Shown here: positions 22,601 to 31,055 of the stretch, piece by piece
Position numbering within the stretch: position 1 is the stretch's first letter
Layout of the letters: every line of letters starts with the position of its first letter
Origin: Caldisericota bacterium
GTDB taxonomy: Bacteria > Caldisericota > Caldisericia > UBA6126
Assembly: GCA_003566815.1 (NCBI GenBank)
Contig: PXBT01000090.1
Coordinates: 1 to 42,997, forward strand
Reading direction: 5' to 3'
DNA: 42,997 nucleotides
The notes under the pieces: generated by a model
What the model was told of the DNA's origin: nothing
What the model saw: only the letters and a program-made list of their open reading frames with translations
The model's database searches: none
Program-made: the position numbers and the translations under genes

Positions 22601-22900
22601 CCTGGATCTTAAAGACTGCTCATAAGGTTCAATAAAATGAAACATTTTATCCTGCTCTGAAAGACTGGAAGAAAAATCATGCCGATTTGACCGCATCAAA
22701 AAAGAACGAGCATTTGACCACCAGGTTATACCGGGGTCATCTTTAAGCTCAATCAACACAGGTATCCATTCTTCAGTGTTTTTTACTTCTCCAAGGAACA
22801 AAGGGTCTATTTTTTGTTGATCATAAGAAAAAGCTTGTGCCCGATTGAAAGAAAAAAGCACTGAACATAAAAGCAATAAAACAACTAACTTCTTAAACAT
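19697..22900 (-). CDS. Secreted subtilisin-like serine protease (S8) with PA-domain insert, FlgD-Ig-like domain, cohesin-like module and C-terminal dockerin
   Basis: Signal peptide ending AQA. Triad IGIIDSGL / HGTHVAGI / GGTSMSSP. PA insert (VRGKVALIKRG...GALGVVLYNH). IEFELNYDSSRIMY is cohesin-like. Dockerin loops DINNDRIVDRHD and DFNQDMKVGILD. Confidence 0.85.
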   Translation of the reverse strand: MFKKLVVLLLLCSVLFSFNRAQAFSYDQQKIDPLFLGEVKNTEEWIPVLIELKDDPGITWWSNARSFLMRSNRHDFSSSLSEQDKMFHFIEPYEQSLRSRQANFLRKITAEGIRFIPRHQISLTINAISGEVLGTDLPRLEQFRQISYIYDDRYEVLPMRQRMSRSTGAEIAWRGFDDGSLPNATGRGQLIGIIDSGLFRGHPDFTRPRKVLGGYDFADGNNDFGDYMGHGTHVAGIAAGYGSENHKGMAYEASLMIYKVFSSRRQGARISDVQAAIDRSVEDKCDVINLSLGSIHEFPAVGTTSYHKSIANANKAGVFVVSSAGNSGSRRPEIPWASGPPANVKEAFSVGATNDRFEDVFLTVFPGLENEKKILGAHAPPTRRLTSEMFSNGLVDAGYGRVQDFDLDDDDVRGKVALIKRGPLPNAITFREKVENATRNGALGVVLYNHTPGELMVPGLMGQGETPDQLSHLVPTIMLTLEDGNYLINNIEYFPSINIEYKNVTIMADFSSMGPTPDGVFKPEISAPGHDIISAYGSSNYASMGGTSMSSPSVAGLAALLKEVHPEWNHDQIKSAFMNTAEIAFNRFNHLPKTFLLQGAGTARIEKAVKTPAFIYPRALILHEVAQIEDRTFTVTNAKSTRQQFEISFELFLLKGETSPIEAVFCNNQLSIDGSKEESFTVSFEIDRNKMNRNIYEAVIRLGDELHIPLVFFKNDLTVDDPLSSIYMSNQKLDLTPDSHLVNDQFISIYFTFNTGTLLTASSQGETVYIGRNYGAVEISIEDSEGENWEHIATLNNISPGPYVVEWNGRNQYGSFFLPKGDFQIVIRMEKRVLRNDQWVPDEYYRVTQNFEVIDSLVPPPANAVFSTLKTYREFEDFELDINFGDLSQHEGIDANIERIEFELNYDSSRIMYRRHTLAGFLARNRDDLFFDIDVDDYEGWVKINIEFYDMPLHEFLDERSIVLTFRTISTGRANFTGRNFRVVLSNGDYIRVRPSNPSVRITNRQFLHADINNDRIVDRHDFEIFLKSFGSRYGDENYDPRCDFNQDMKVGILDLMIIAEEMGSFY

Positions 22901-22924
22901 AAATTACATTCCTCCAAAAAAAAA

Positions 22925-23902
22925 TCATTGTGCAGCTTCCTGCTTTGATTTCATCATCCAAAAATCCAAATTGCTTTTTGGCTGAATTCTGCTTTTTTTT
23001 AGCTCCATTTCAAGATGAATTAAAGCCTCTTGCATCACAAACAAAGAGTTTATATTTATTTCTTTTTTCAGCCATTGGCATATTTTTTTATTTTCATATA
23101 ATATACTCCCTTTTGATGGGATTAGTTTCATTGAATACTTCTCTCGGATGATCCATTTGCACCAATGAAGACACTGCTCAAGGTTTTTTGAAGAAAGAGA
23201 GGGAAAGCTGCCTGAAGGATCTTGCATAAAATCAATCCACTTTTCTATCCACTGCATGGCTTCCTGCAAATACTCTTCTTCACAATATTGCAATGCTTGT
23301 TTGATATTGCCCTGTGAAACAGATAAAATAAATTCCTTTTCCTGAGGATTCTTTGACAAAATATTCATGATATCATTCATTTTTTTTGCGCTTAATCGAT
23401 GAAAAGGAATTCTTACAGTTCTTGATAAAATGGTGGAGGGTATAATATCTATTTGAGAAGCAGTCAAAATGAAGTATGTGGATAAGCTTGGCTCTTCCAG
23501 CGTTTTAAGGAAACAGTTAAAAGCTTCATTTGTAAAACAATGGAGATCATCGATGATTATTATTTTTTTATCGCTATAAACAGGTTTCCATTGGGCTACT
23601 TCCTGAATTTTTTTTACGGTATCAATTCCCATGGAAAAGCCTTTTTCCTCAGAAAACCAATAAATATCAGGATGGGCATTTTTTTCCCATGATTCACAAG
23701 AGATGCAACCTTTACATGCTCTTTTTTCCTTTTTATCAAGACAAAGTGCATCATGAGCAAAGTAATTTGCATAATGTGATTTTCCCGAACCTTTGGGTCC
23801 AAAAAAAAGCATCGAATGTGGCATTTTATTAAAATTTTCTGCAAAACCACGCAATATATTGCATGCATGAGGCTGAGTCATGATAAGGTCATCAATGCTC
23901 AT
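22925..23902 (-). CDS. holB: DNA polymerase III delta-prime subunit
   Basis: P-loop GPKGSGKS, Cys module CKGCISC, LEEP, and a sensor STILSRT. It sits downstream of tmk-darA, as in Bacillus. Confidence 0.8.
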   Translation of the reverse strand: MSIDDLIMTQPHACNILRGFAENFNKMPHSMLFFGPKGSGKSHYANYFAHDALCLDKKEKRACKGCISCESWEKNAHPDIYWFSEEKGFSMGIDTVKKIQEVAQWKPVYSDKKIIIIDDLHCFTNEAFNCFLKTLEEPSLSTYFILTASQIDIIPSTILSRTVRIPFHRLSAKKMNDIMNILSKNPQEKEFILSVSQGNIKQALQYCEEEYLQEAMQWIEKWIDFMQDPSGSFPSLSSKNLEQCLHWCKWIIREKYSMKLIPSKGSILYENKKICQWLKKEININSLFVMQEALIHLEMELKKSRIQPKSNLDFWMMKSKQEAAQ

Positions 23903-23905
23903 CTA

Positions 23906-24235
23906 TTAATACTTTACATACCTTTCTATGTCAATTATAAATACTTGGGCTCCGCCAACCGTAACTTTGACTGGAGAACTAAACCCTGAAATACCTTCAA
24001 TTAAATTAAAAGGAAGAGTTTCCACATATCGTTCTCTGCTGTGAGCATGCTCATGAATAATACTGAGGACATCTTCCACTTTTTCTGATTCAATGGCAAT
24101 GAGCAAAACTATATTGGAAACCTCCAGAAAACCGCCTATACTTTTGAGTTTGGTAACCTTGAATCCTTTTGAAATTAAATGATCCAGCAATTCTCTCATA
24201 TCTTCCTGTTGAATGATTGCAACAATCATTTTCAT
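23906..24235 (-). CDS. darA: PII-like cyclic-di-AMP receptor protein (DarA/PstA, DUF970)
   Basis: MKMIVAIIQQEDMRELLDHLISKGFKVTKL...GGF...VGGAQVFI aligns by eye with B. subtilis YaaQ/DarA. Conserved tmk-darA-holB context. Confidence 0.75.
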   Translation of the reverse strand: MKMIVAIIQQEDMRELLDHLISKGFKVTKLKSIGGFLEVSNIVLLIAIESEKVEDVLSIIHEHAHSRERYVETLPFNLIEGISGFSSPVKVTVGGAQVFIIDIERYVKY

Positions 24236-24237
24236 GG

Positions 24238-24879
24238 CTATATCCTCCTTGCAGATATTAGCTGTCCCTGTGCTTCATTGATAGCCCGAATGGCCAAATC
24301 AGCAACAGTTTCAGGATGCTGATTTCCATTAATCACTTTGATACGACTTTTTTCATCCATTGCCTGCTCCAAATATCTTTCTCTAACTTGACGCAAATAA
24401 GTTATTTGCTCATAAAAATCCTTTTCTCTTCCATCAATCCTATGCAAAGAGTGCTCAGGCTCTATATCCAATAGAATCGTTATATTCGGCTTAAGCAAAT
24501 CAAACAATACCTCACCGATAGTATAAACTATTTTTAATAATTTTTCATCTCTTCCCTGATAAGCAAGGGTGGAATCAATAAACCGATCACATATTACCCA
24601 AATACCCTGGTTTAAAAACTGTATCATTTCCTGTATATGTAAAGTGCGATCAGCTGAAAACAAAAATAACTCTGTCAAAGAATGCAGAGAGTCTTGTTTT
24701 GATTGTTTGAGCATCCTTCGAATCAACTTCCCTATATCATTTTGAGTAGGTTCTGCTGTTAAACGGTGAGGAATATTTTTTTTCTGAAGATAAAATTGTA
24801 TATTTTTTGCCAATGTGCTCTTGCCCGATCCATCAATGCCTTCAAGGGTAACAAAAAAACCTTTTTGACTGCCTATCAT
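24238..24879 (-). CDS. tmk: Thymidylate kinase
   Basis: FVTLEGIDGSGKST P-loop, a DRF-like motif (CDRFIDS), about 210 aa. Confidence 0.85.
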   Translation of the reverse strand: MIGSQKGFFVTLEGIDGSGKSTLAKNIQFYLQKKNIPHRLTAEPTQNDIGKLIRRMLKQSKQDSLHSLTELFLFSADRTLHIQEMIQFLNQGIWVICDRFIDSTLAYQGRDEKLLKIVYTIGEVLFDLLKPNITILLDIEPEHSLHRIDGREKDFYEQITYLRQVRERYLEQAMDEKSRIKVINGNQHPETVADLAIRAINEAQGQLISARRI

Positions 24880-27404
24880 TGGAACACATAAAAGTTCATG
24901 ATTTTATTCCCCAATATTTCGCCCGAAGAGCTTCTCAAAACTGCCTGCAATAAATTGATCCCTGGTTGGCGCGGCACAAAATAATATCGATAGGGGTACT
25001 CCATTAATACAGCTACAAGGTTTCCATTAATAAACAATTCTATTGATCGCCCGCGAGGATCAAAAATACTAAACCCTATCTCAGTTGGCGATCCAACCCT
25101 CATATTCTGCGAGCCAAAGTAAATCGTAAAATCCCCTGTATCAACGCTTGGTGGAGCATATAAAGATCGATCGGGCTCATCAGGAATGGGCTCTTCAACA
25201 GGATCTTCCTGTCCTGGAGGATCTGGTTCAGGTTCTGGAGAAGGTCCCGGCAATTCAGGTAAAATCGGATCTGCTTTTTTATCTTTTTCCTCTTGAGTCT
25301 CTTTTTCCTCTTCTTGCTCAATTTTTTTAGGTTCAGGGGGTGGATGCTTTTTGGGGCAAAGATCTATTGAGCTTTGTACCCTTGTTTCGAGCCTTGCTCT
25401 ACAGGTTGGATTAGCCAATAAACCTGTTTCAGTGCATATTCTAACCTGAATCAATCCCTGAGGTCTTGTCCAATCCGAATCAATAAAAAACCTTTGCTGA
25501 TATAAAGTTTGCACTATCTGTTTGAATATTTGGCCTGCAAACACTGATCCATAGTTTCTGACCGCTGACAAATCAATGTCTTTGCTATCTGATCCCAGAT
25601 ATACCGATAATACAACAGAAGGAGTAAAGCCTACAAACCATCCGTCCCTAAAATTTTCTGTCGTTCCAGTCTTTCCTGCCATAGGCACACCAGGTATGCG
25701 AAGAGCGGAAGCAGTTCCCGAAGAAGTAAAAGGTTCTTTGAGCAATTCAGTCATCAGGTAGGCTGCCTGGGGCGAAAGCACTTGTTCAGCATTTTGACTG
25801 GATTCATAAAGTGTCTCACCGGTTTTTCTCCGATCTATTCGTTTGACTGCTATGGGTTTCAGTCTTCTTCCTCCATTGGAAAAAACTGCGCTTGCCACTG
25901 CCATATCCAAAGGCTTGACTTCCAAACTGCCCAATGCCATGGAAGGAACTGCAAGCATAGGTGTTGTAAGCCCCATTTGCTCAGCATATGAAGCAGTATT
26001 TTCCAAACCTGCCAATAATGCTACTTTTACAGCGGCAATATTTGATGAAATGCCCATAGCCCTTCGAGCACTCATTGATCCAAAAAAACCTGGGGTCCAT
26101 TCCCCGGGTCTCCATCCATTAATATTAATTGCTTCGCTAACCAAAACTGATTCAGGTCCTAGTAACCCTTGATCAATTGCAGCTGCATAAGGAAAGACTT
26201 TGAAACTTGATCCTGATTGACGCTCTGCCAAAACACGATTAAATTGTGTGTTTTCATAATCTCTTCCTCCAACCATGGCATAAATTTCTCCATTATTGGG
26301 ATTAATTGCCACCACAGCTCCCTGGGGCTGGATAACGCCAAGTTGATCTTTGACTCCTGAAGGCAAACTTCCAGCATTTTCAGCCTGCTCAAGCACGCTT
26401 AAAAACTCCTGATTGCTTAATCGCTGAATTGAAGGGTGTAAAGTAGTATAGATTCTCAACCCCCCCTTGTAAAGCTCCTGAGCAGAAAGACTGCGAATGA
26501 CTTCATCCACCACAAAATCAATAAAATAATCTTTCCCATCAGGCAATAAAGTCTCGTTGTCAGATAATCCGCTGGTGCTGGATTCCTGCAGAATAACATC
26601 CTGATAAAAAGCATTTTGAGCTTCTTTGGGAGAAATGTAATGATTGTCCACCATTTTTTGCAAGACATTTCGTTGATAATTTTTTGCTCTTTCCATGGAA
26701 TAAAATAAAGACAAAGCAGAAGGAGCAGGAAGTATTGATATCAACAAAGAAGCTTCAGCCAGGTCAAGATCTTTTGCATATTTTCCAAAATATTTTCTTG
26801 AGGCTGTTTCTATGCCATAGCATCCTTCTCCAAAATAAGCTTGATTGAGATAAAATTCCAAAATTTCAAGTTTTGTAAATCGTTGCTCAATGCGAAGAGA
26901 AAGTATAATTTCACGCAATTTTCTTGTAATCGTTTTATCCATGCCCAGAAAAACATTTCTTGCTAATTGCTGAGTTATTGTGCTTCCGCCCTCAACATAA
27001 TCCTTGCTGATGATGTTGCGAACCATTGCACGAGTTACTGCTCGAAAATCAACTCCATTGTGCCTGAAAAAACGCTCATCTTCCGAAGCGATAGCTGCAT
27101 CAATCACATAAGGAGAAATGTCTGACAGAGAAACATATATTCTTCGTTCTGTCAAGTAAAGAATTTTTAACACATTTCCATCTCGATCAAGAACCTCTGA
27201 AGATTCTTCGCCGCTAATTACAATGGAACCTGTTTCAGGAAGATCTTTGGATAAATAATTCCAGGTATATATAAAAAAAATCCCCCCGATCAATAATATT
27301 AAAGAAAAAAGCAATAGCATGACTTTTAGTATAAGAGAGGCAGGTCCTCGTTTTTTTCTAAAATGACCCGAAGGATAAATAGAATTAATCTGAAACATAA
27401 ACAT
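24876..27404 (-). CDS. Class A penicillin-binding protein (glycosyltransferase + transpeptidase) with Pro/Glu-rich linker and C-terminal Ig-like domain
   Basis: GT51 motifs SEDERFFRHNG and GGSTITQQ. TP motifs SSFK, SSN, KTGT. N-terminal TM anchor. Acidic proline-rich linker (PPPEPKK...PEPEPDPPGQEDP). Confidence 0.85.
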   Translation of the reverse strand: MFMFQINSIYPSGHFRKKRGPASLILKVMLLLFSLILLIGGIFFIYTWNYLSKDLPETGSIVISGEESSEVLDRDGNVLKILYLTERRIYVSLSDISPYVIDAAIASEDERFFRHNGVDFRAVTRAMVRNIISKDYVEGGSTITQQLARNVFLGMDKTITRKLREIILSLRIEQRFTKLEILEFYLNQAYFGEGCYGIETASRKYFGKYAKDLDLAEASLLISILPAPSALSLFYSMERAKNYQRNVLQKMVDNHYISPKEAQNAFYQDVILQESSTSGLSDNETLLPDGKDYFIDFVVDEVIRSLSAQELYKGGLRIYTTLHPSIQRLSNQEFLSVLEQAENAGSLPSGVKDQLGVIQPQGAVVAINPNNGEIYAMVGGRDYENTQFNRVLAERQSGSSFKVFPYAAAIDQGLLGPESVLVSEAININGWRPGEWTPGFFGSMSARRAMGISSNIAAVKVALLAGLENTASYAEQMGLTTPMLAVPSMALGSLEVKPLDMAVASAVFSNGGRRLKPIAVKRIDRRKTGETLYESSQNAEQVLSPQAAYLMTELLKEPFTSSGTASALRIPGVPMAGKTGTTENFRDGWFVGFTPSVVLSVYLGSDSKDIDLSAVRNYGSVFAGQIFKQIVQTLYQQRFFIDSDWTRPQGLIQVRICTETGLLANPTCRARLETRVQSSIDLCPKKHPPPEPKKIEQEEEKETQEEKDKKADPILPELPGPSPEPEPDPPGQEDPVEEPIPDEPDRSLYAPPSVDTGDFTIYFGSQNMRVGSPTEIGFSIFDPRGRSIELFINGNLVAVLMEYPYRYYFVPRQPGINLLQAVLRSSSGEILGNKIMNFYVFQ

Positions 27405-29802
27405 TGATATGAGTCATCGTTATAAATTCGTCATCATATCGTAAAACTGCCATTATTCGAGTTTCACCGTGGTTTTCGGGTACCCATTCAAAAGAATACT
27501 GACCATCTTTTAATACCTTCAACCTTCGATTATCAATGTAAACTTCAACCGTATCTGCAAAAGAATGCCTGACCTCAAAGAAAATAGTTACAGGATCGCC
27601 AACAGTTAGACTTTCTTCATCCACTACTATTTGCAAAGGGTTACCGTGAATGGGGCATAATTCTGTTGGCTCAGTGCCTTCAAAAAAGCCTTTTTCTATA
27701 GTATCGGGACAGTATTCTGAAGCCAATTTTCCTGATTCAGCACAGACTGTAACAAATATAAATTCTCTTCCATGCACTGTGCAGTAATGTTGTGGAGCAA
27801 AGCCACTGATATATGAGCTTGGAACTCTCAATGATTCAGGGCAATCATTGGTTGCAAGCAAACCTGACTCTTTGCATATCAACACAGAGTGGACATCATC
27901 TGTTTCTCTTGAGAAAGATATTTTTTCAAGCCAATCTCCAATTTTAAGAAAAAAATCTCTTACCATGGGAGCAGCAAAAGCTGAGCCCCAAAGTCTTGCA
28001 TGAGGAAGCTCCACTTCAGCAGAATCTCGTCCTATCCATGCACAGGCTACAATTTCCGGAGTATAACCCACAAACCAGCCGCTTAAAAAATCTTCTGCTG
28101 TTCCTGTTTTTCCTGCAGCTTCAAATCCAACCCATCCATTGACATCTCGAAACATACTTCGAAATAAATCATTCATCAAAACTGCAGTGTCCTTCTGAAT
28201 AACCTGAAAAGGTTTTGGATGATACTCAAAAAGCAATTTATCATCTTTCGTGGTAATTTTTCTTATAGCTTTAGGATCTACCCTGAAGCCATCATTAGCC
28301 AATACTCCAAATGCCGTTGCCATTTCCAAAGGAGTTACTTCAAGGCTTCCAATCGCCATGGAAGGCACTGGCAAAACACTCCGCTTAATGCCCATCTTTT
28401 CTGCAAAATAGGCCACCCTTTCCCATCCTGTTCTTTGAGCAACCTTAATAGCAATAATATTTGAAGATCTTACTATGGCATCCCTGACTGTCATTTTACC
28501 AAAAAACTGATCTTCTCCTATCCATTCCCCCGGAGTCCATATTTCATCATGGTCCGGCATTGATATGGATTCACTTTCAATAATAGTCCCCGTGCCCACA
28601 ACCCCCAGTTCAATTGCAGCAGTATAATCAAATATTTTAAACAATGATCCAGGCTGTCTTCGGGCAGTGCTTCTATTAAACTGAGTTTCACTGAACTCCC
28701 TTCCACCAATCATTGCCAAGATTTCTCCCGTTGATGGGACAGTTACCACCATTTGACCCTGGGGTTGTTTCACTTCAAATTGATCATAAAGATCTTTGGG
28801 GAAATAATTATCTTTTTCAGCTTTTTCAAAGGTATTTTTCATGGACTGATAAGCAATATCCTGAATCTCAAGATCAAAAGTGGTATAAATTTTCAATCCC
28901 TGCTGAAGAAGAGCATCTTCAGGAAAAGTATTGAGTATAATTTGTTTGACATAGTCCACAAAATAATACTTGGAATCATACATTGTAACACTATCAAGTG
29001 TTTTTAGAACAACATATTCATTAATTGCTTCCTGATATTCCTCTTCGCTAATAAAATTATTTCGCAACATTCTTGCCAGGACATGGTTTCTTCTTTGAAT
29101 GGATACCTCTCTGTTTACCCAGGGAGAATGAAGCGAAGGAGCATCCAGCGTACCCACCATAAGAGCAGCTTCAGAAATGGTTACATCGCCAACATTTTTC
29201 CCAAAAAAATTCCTTGACGCAGCCTCAATTCCATAAGATCGACCCGCTGGGCTTGGACCAAAATAAACATAGTTCAAGTAATATTCCAGTATTTCATCTT
29301 TTGTATATTTTTGCTCCAAATTGATAGCCAGGAAGATTTCACGGATTTTTCTATCATAGGTTCGTTCAGGGGTGAGAAAAAGTCCTCGGGCAAGTTGCTG
29401 AGAGATAGTGCTTCCACCTTCAATTCGATCCTTATAGAATAAATTGTTTCTAAAAGCTCTCAAGATTCCAATTAAATCATAGCCACCATGGCTATAGAAG
29501 CGTTCATCTTCAGATGCTATAACTGCATAGCGCACATGCAACGGAATCTCGCCAAGAGGAACCGCTATTCTATATTCATCAAGCTCCACGCTGGCAATAA
29601 ATACATTATTTCGATCAAAAATTTGTGAAGAAACAGGTGGATTTTCTGCAATATCCCTTATTTCAGGTAAAGAAATAACAATTGAGTTTCTCAATTGGAT
29701 GAAAAAAATTAAAACGGCAACAAAAGCAATTAGAAAAAAACCAGCCATCCATAAAAGGAGCTTTTGCCACCTTTTCATTTTTTTATGTTTTTTATTTTTC
29801 AT
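27385..29802 (-). CDS. Class A penicillin-binding protein (glycosyltransferase + transpeptidase) with Cys-rich repeats and C-terminal Ig-like domain
   Basis: GT51 SEDERFYSHGG and GGSTISQQ. TP SLFK, SSN, KTGT. TM anchor. Two C.ESG.LA...CP repeats. The 3' end overlaps the downstream PBP start by 20 nt. Confidence 0.85.
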   Translation of the reverse strand: MKNKKHKKMKRWQKLLLWMAGFFLIAFVAVLIFFIQLRNSIVISLPEIRDIAENPPVSSQIFDRNNVFIASVELDEYRIAVPLGEIPLHVRYAVIASEDERFYSHGGYDLIGILRAFRNNLFYKDRIEGGSTISQQLARGLFLTPERTYDRKIREIFLAINLEQKYTKDEILEYYLNYVYFGPSPAGRSYGIEAASRNFFGKNVGDVTISEAALMVGTLDAPSLHSPWVNREVSIQRRNHVLARMLRNNFISEEEYQEAINEYVVLKTLDSVTMYDSKYYFVDYVKQIILNTFPEDALLQQGLKIYTTFDLEIQDIAYQSMKNTFEKAEKDNYFPKDLYDQFEVKQPQGQMVVTVPSTGEILAMIGGREFSETQFNRSTARRQPGSLFKIFDYTAAIELGVVGTGTIIESESISMPDHDEIWTPGEWIGEDQFFGKMTVRDAIVRSSNIIAIKVAQRTGWERVAYFAEKMGIKRSVLPVPSMAIGSLEVTPLEMATAFGVLANDGFRVDPKAIRKITTKDDKLLFEYHPKPFQVIQKDTAVLMNDLFRSMFRDVNGWVGFEAAGKTGTAEDFLSGWFVGYTPEIVACAWIGRDSAEVELPHARLWGSAFAAPMVRDFFLKIGDWLEKISFSRETDDVHSVLICKESGLLATNDCPESLRVPSSYISGFAPQHYCTVHGREFIFVTVCAESGKLASEYCPDTIEKGFFEGTEPTELCPIHGNPLQIVVDEESLTVGDPVTIFFEVRHSFADTVEVYIDNRRLKVLKDGQYSFEWVPENHGETRIMAVLRYDDEFITMTHINVYVSD

Positions 29803-29814
29803 TTCCTTATTTCA

Positions 29815-29843
29815 ATTATAACCCGATTTTTTGACATTGTGAA
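29815..29843 (-). promoter_or_regulatory. Putative sigma70-type promoter for the PBP-led 13-kb array
   Basis: On the minus strand: TTCACA (29843-29838), 17-nt spacer, TATAAT (29820-29815). It lies just downstream of the terminator and 12 nt upstream of the PBP ATG region (AAGGA SD). Confidence 0.45.
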
Positions 29844-29852
29844 CTTGTAGAG

Positions 29853-29887
29853 AAAAAAAGCCTGGCTTAAAAGCCAGGCTTTTTTTA
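29853..29887 (-). terminator. Rho-independent terminator (bidirectional-looking hairpin) ending the polyferredoxin operon
   Basis: Stem AGCCTGGCT (29859-29867), loop TAAA, stem AGCCAGGCT (29872-29880). It is flanked by an A-run on one side and a T-run on the other. It lies 8 nt after the stop of the 29895-31055 gene. Confidence 0.85.
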
Positions 29888-29894
29888 ATAAAGA

Positions 29895-31055
29895 TTACTT
29901 TTCAGGAGCGATGGCATACCGTTTTCTTGAAAACATAAAATTGAGCAAACCTGGCCTCACAAGATAAGCTGCATTGAACGGACATCTGTCAACGCATTCC
30001 AGGCAACCTATGCAATGTGAAGTAGCTCCTCGTTCATAAAGTTTGATATCCATGGGACATACTTTCCAGCAAACATTGCATTTTTCGCCCTTACACTTTT
30101 CTTTATCCACTACCACTCGTACTGCGGCAAAATAATTAAACCCTGAGTAAATAAAACCAATGGGGCAGGCAAATTTGCAGAATACTCTCTTGGAGAGCAT
30201 GGTCAGCCAGAAAAGTAGAATAAATGAAGATATCTTCAGCCCGAACATCACTTGCCCCATACCTCGTATATCTTGATATGATGCCATTCCATATGGAATA
30301 AAAGGTGATTGTCGATCCAGTCCAAGGAAGGGAAACATTTCACGAGGAAGACCATTGATCAGAAATTGTGGTATGGCTGCGAATGCTGTACCTGAAGGGC
30401 AGACTTTGCAAAACCATGGTCCCCCGGTATTTAGAGCAGGATCAATTACAAAGATGGGAAAAATCACAAAAGGAAACAGGAAAAAGAAAAACCTTCCCCA
30501 ATTGGACAAATTTACGCTAACCGTAAATTTTTTAAAATTAATAAAAAATAATGCAAAAATGACACCAAAAATACCCACATAACGAGCTATCCATGCTATA
30601 GTCCCAGTTGTATTGCCCATTTGAATCATTCTTCTGAGAGGAAGAGTGGTAAACATAGGCGATGTCCAAACAAGATAAACCACAAACAAAGCAAACAAAG
30701 CCACCACGATCCACTTTGTTACTTTACGCATTTGATAGGCAATATCCTGCAGATAGCCGAAAGGACATAGCCATCCGCAAACCATCCTTCCAAATAAAGC
30801 ACCTATCACCACCAGGATGCCCAGACCAAAAAACGGGAACAAATTACCGCCTAAAAAATATTGCACTGTGCCTGCAGGGCATGCACCGGGAGCAAGGGGA
30901 TCTGACCAGCAAACCAGCCAGGGCATGGGAAATCGTTTAAGCATAATGGGAGGCAGAGTAGCCAGAAAATAAAAAACTCCAGTGCCAAATAAAAATCCAA
31001 ACAACTGGACTCTGTTTTTAGTAGCACGGTTTTTATACTTACTGCTTTTTGGCAT
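29895..31055 (-). CDS. Polytopic membrane polyferredoxin (NapH/MauN/YccM-like 4Fe-4S binding protein)
   Basis: Three membrane-proximal Cys motifs: CGWLCPFG, CKVCPSG, CKFACPIG. N-terminal CWSDPLAPGACP. C-terminal ferredoxin motifs CKGEKCNVCWKVCP and CIGCLECVDRCP. GGAGG SD. Confidence 0.75.
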   Translation of the reverse strand: MPKSSKYKNRATKNRVQLFGFLFGTGVFYFLATLPPIMLKRFPMPWLVCWSDPLAPGACPAGTVQYFLGGNLFPFFGLGILVVIGALFGRMVCGWLCPFGYLQDIAYQMRKVTKWIVVALFALFVVYLVWTSPMFTTLPLRRMIQMGNTTGTIAWIARYVGIFGVIFALFFINFKKFTVSVNLSNWGRFFFFLFPFVIFPIFVIDPALNTGGPWFCKVCPSGTAFAAIPQFLINGLPREMFPFLGLDRQSPFIPYGMASYQDIRGMGQVMFGLKISSFILLFWLTMLSKRVFCKFACPIGFIYSGFNYFAAVRVVVDKEKCKGEKCNVCWKVCPMDIKLYERGATSHCIGCLECVDRCPFNAAYLVRPGLLNFMFSRKRYAIAPEK

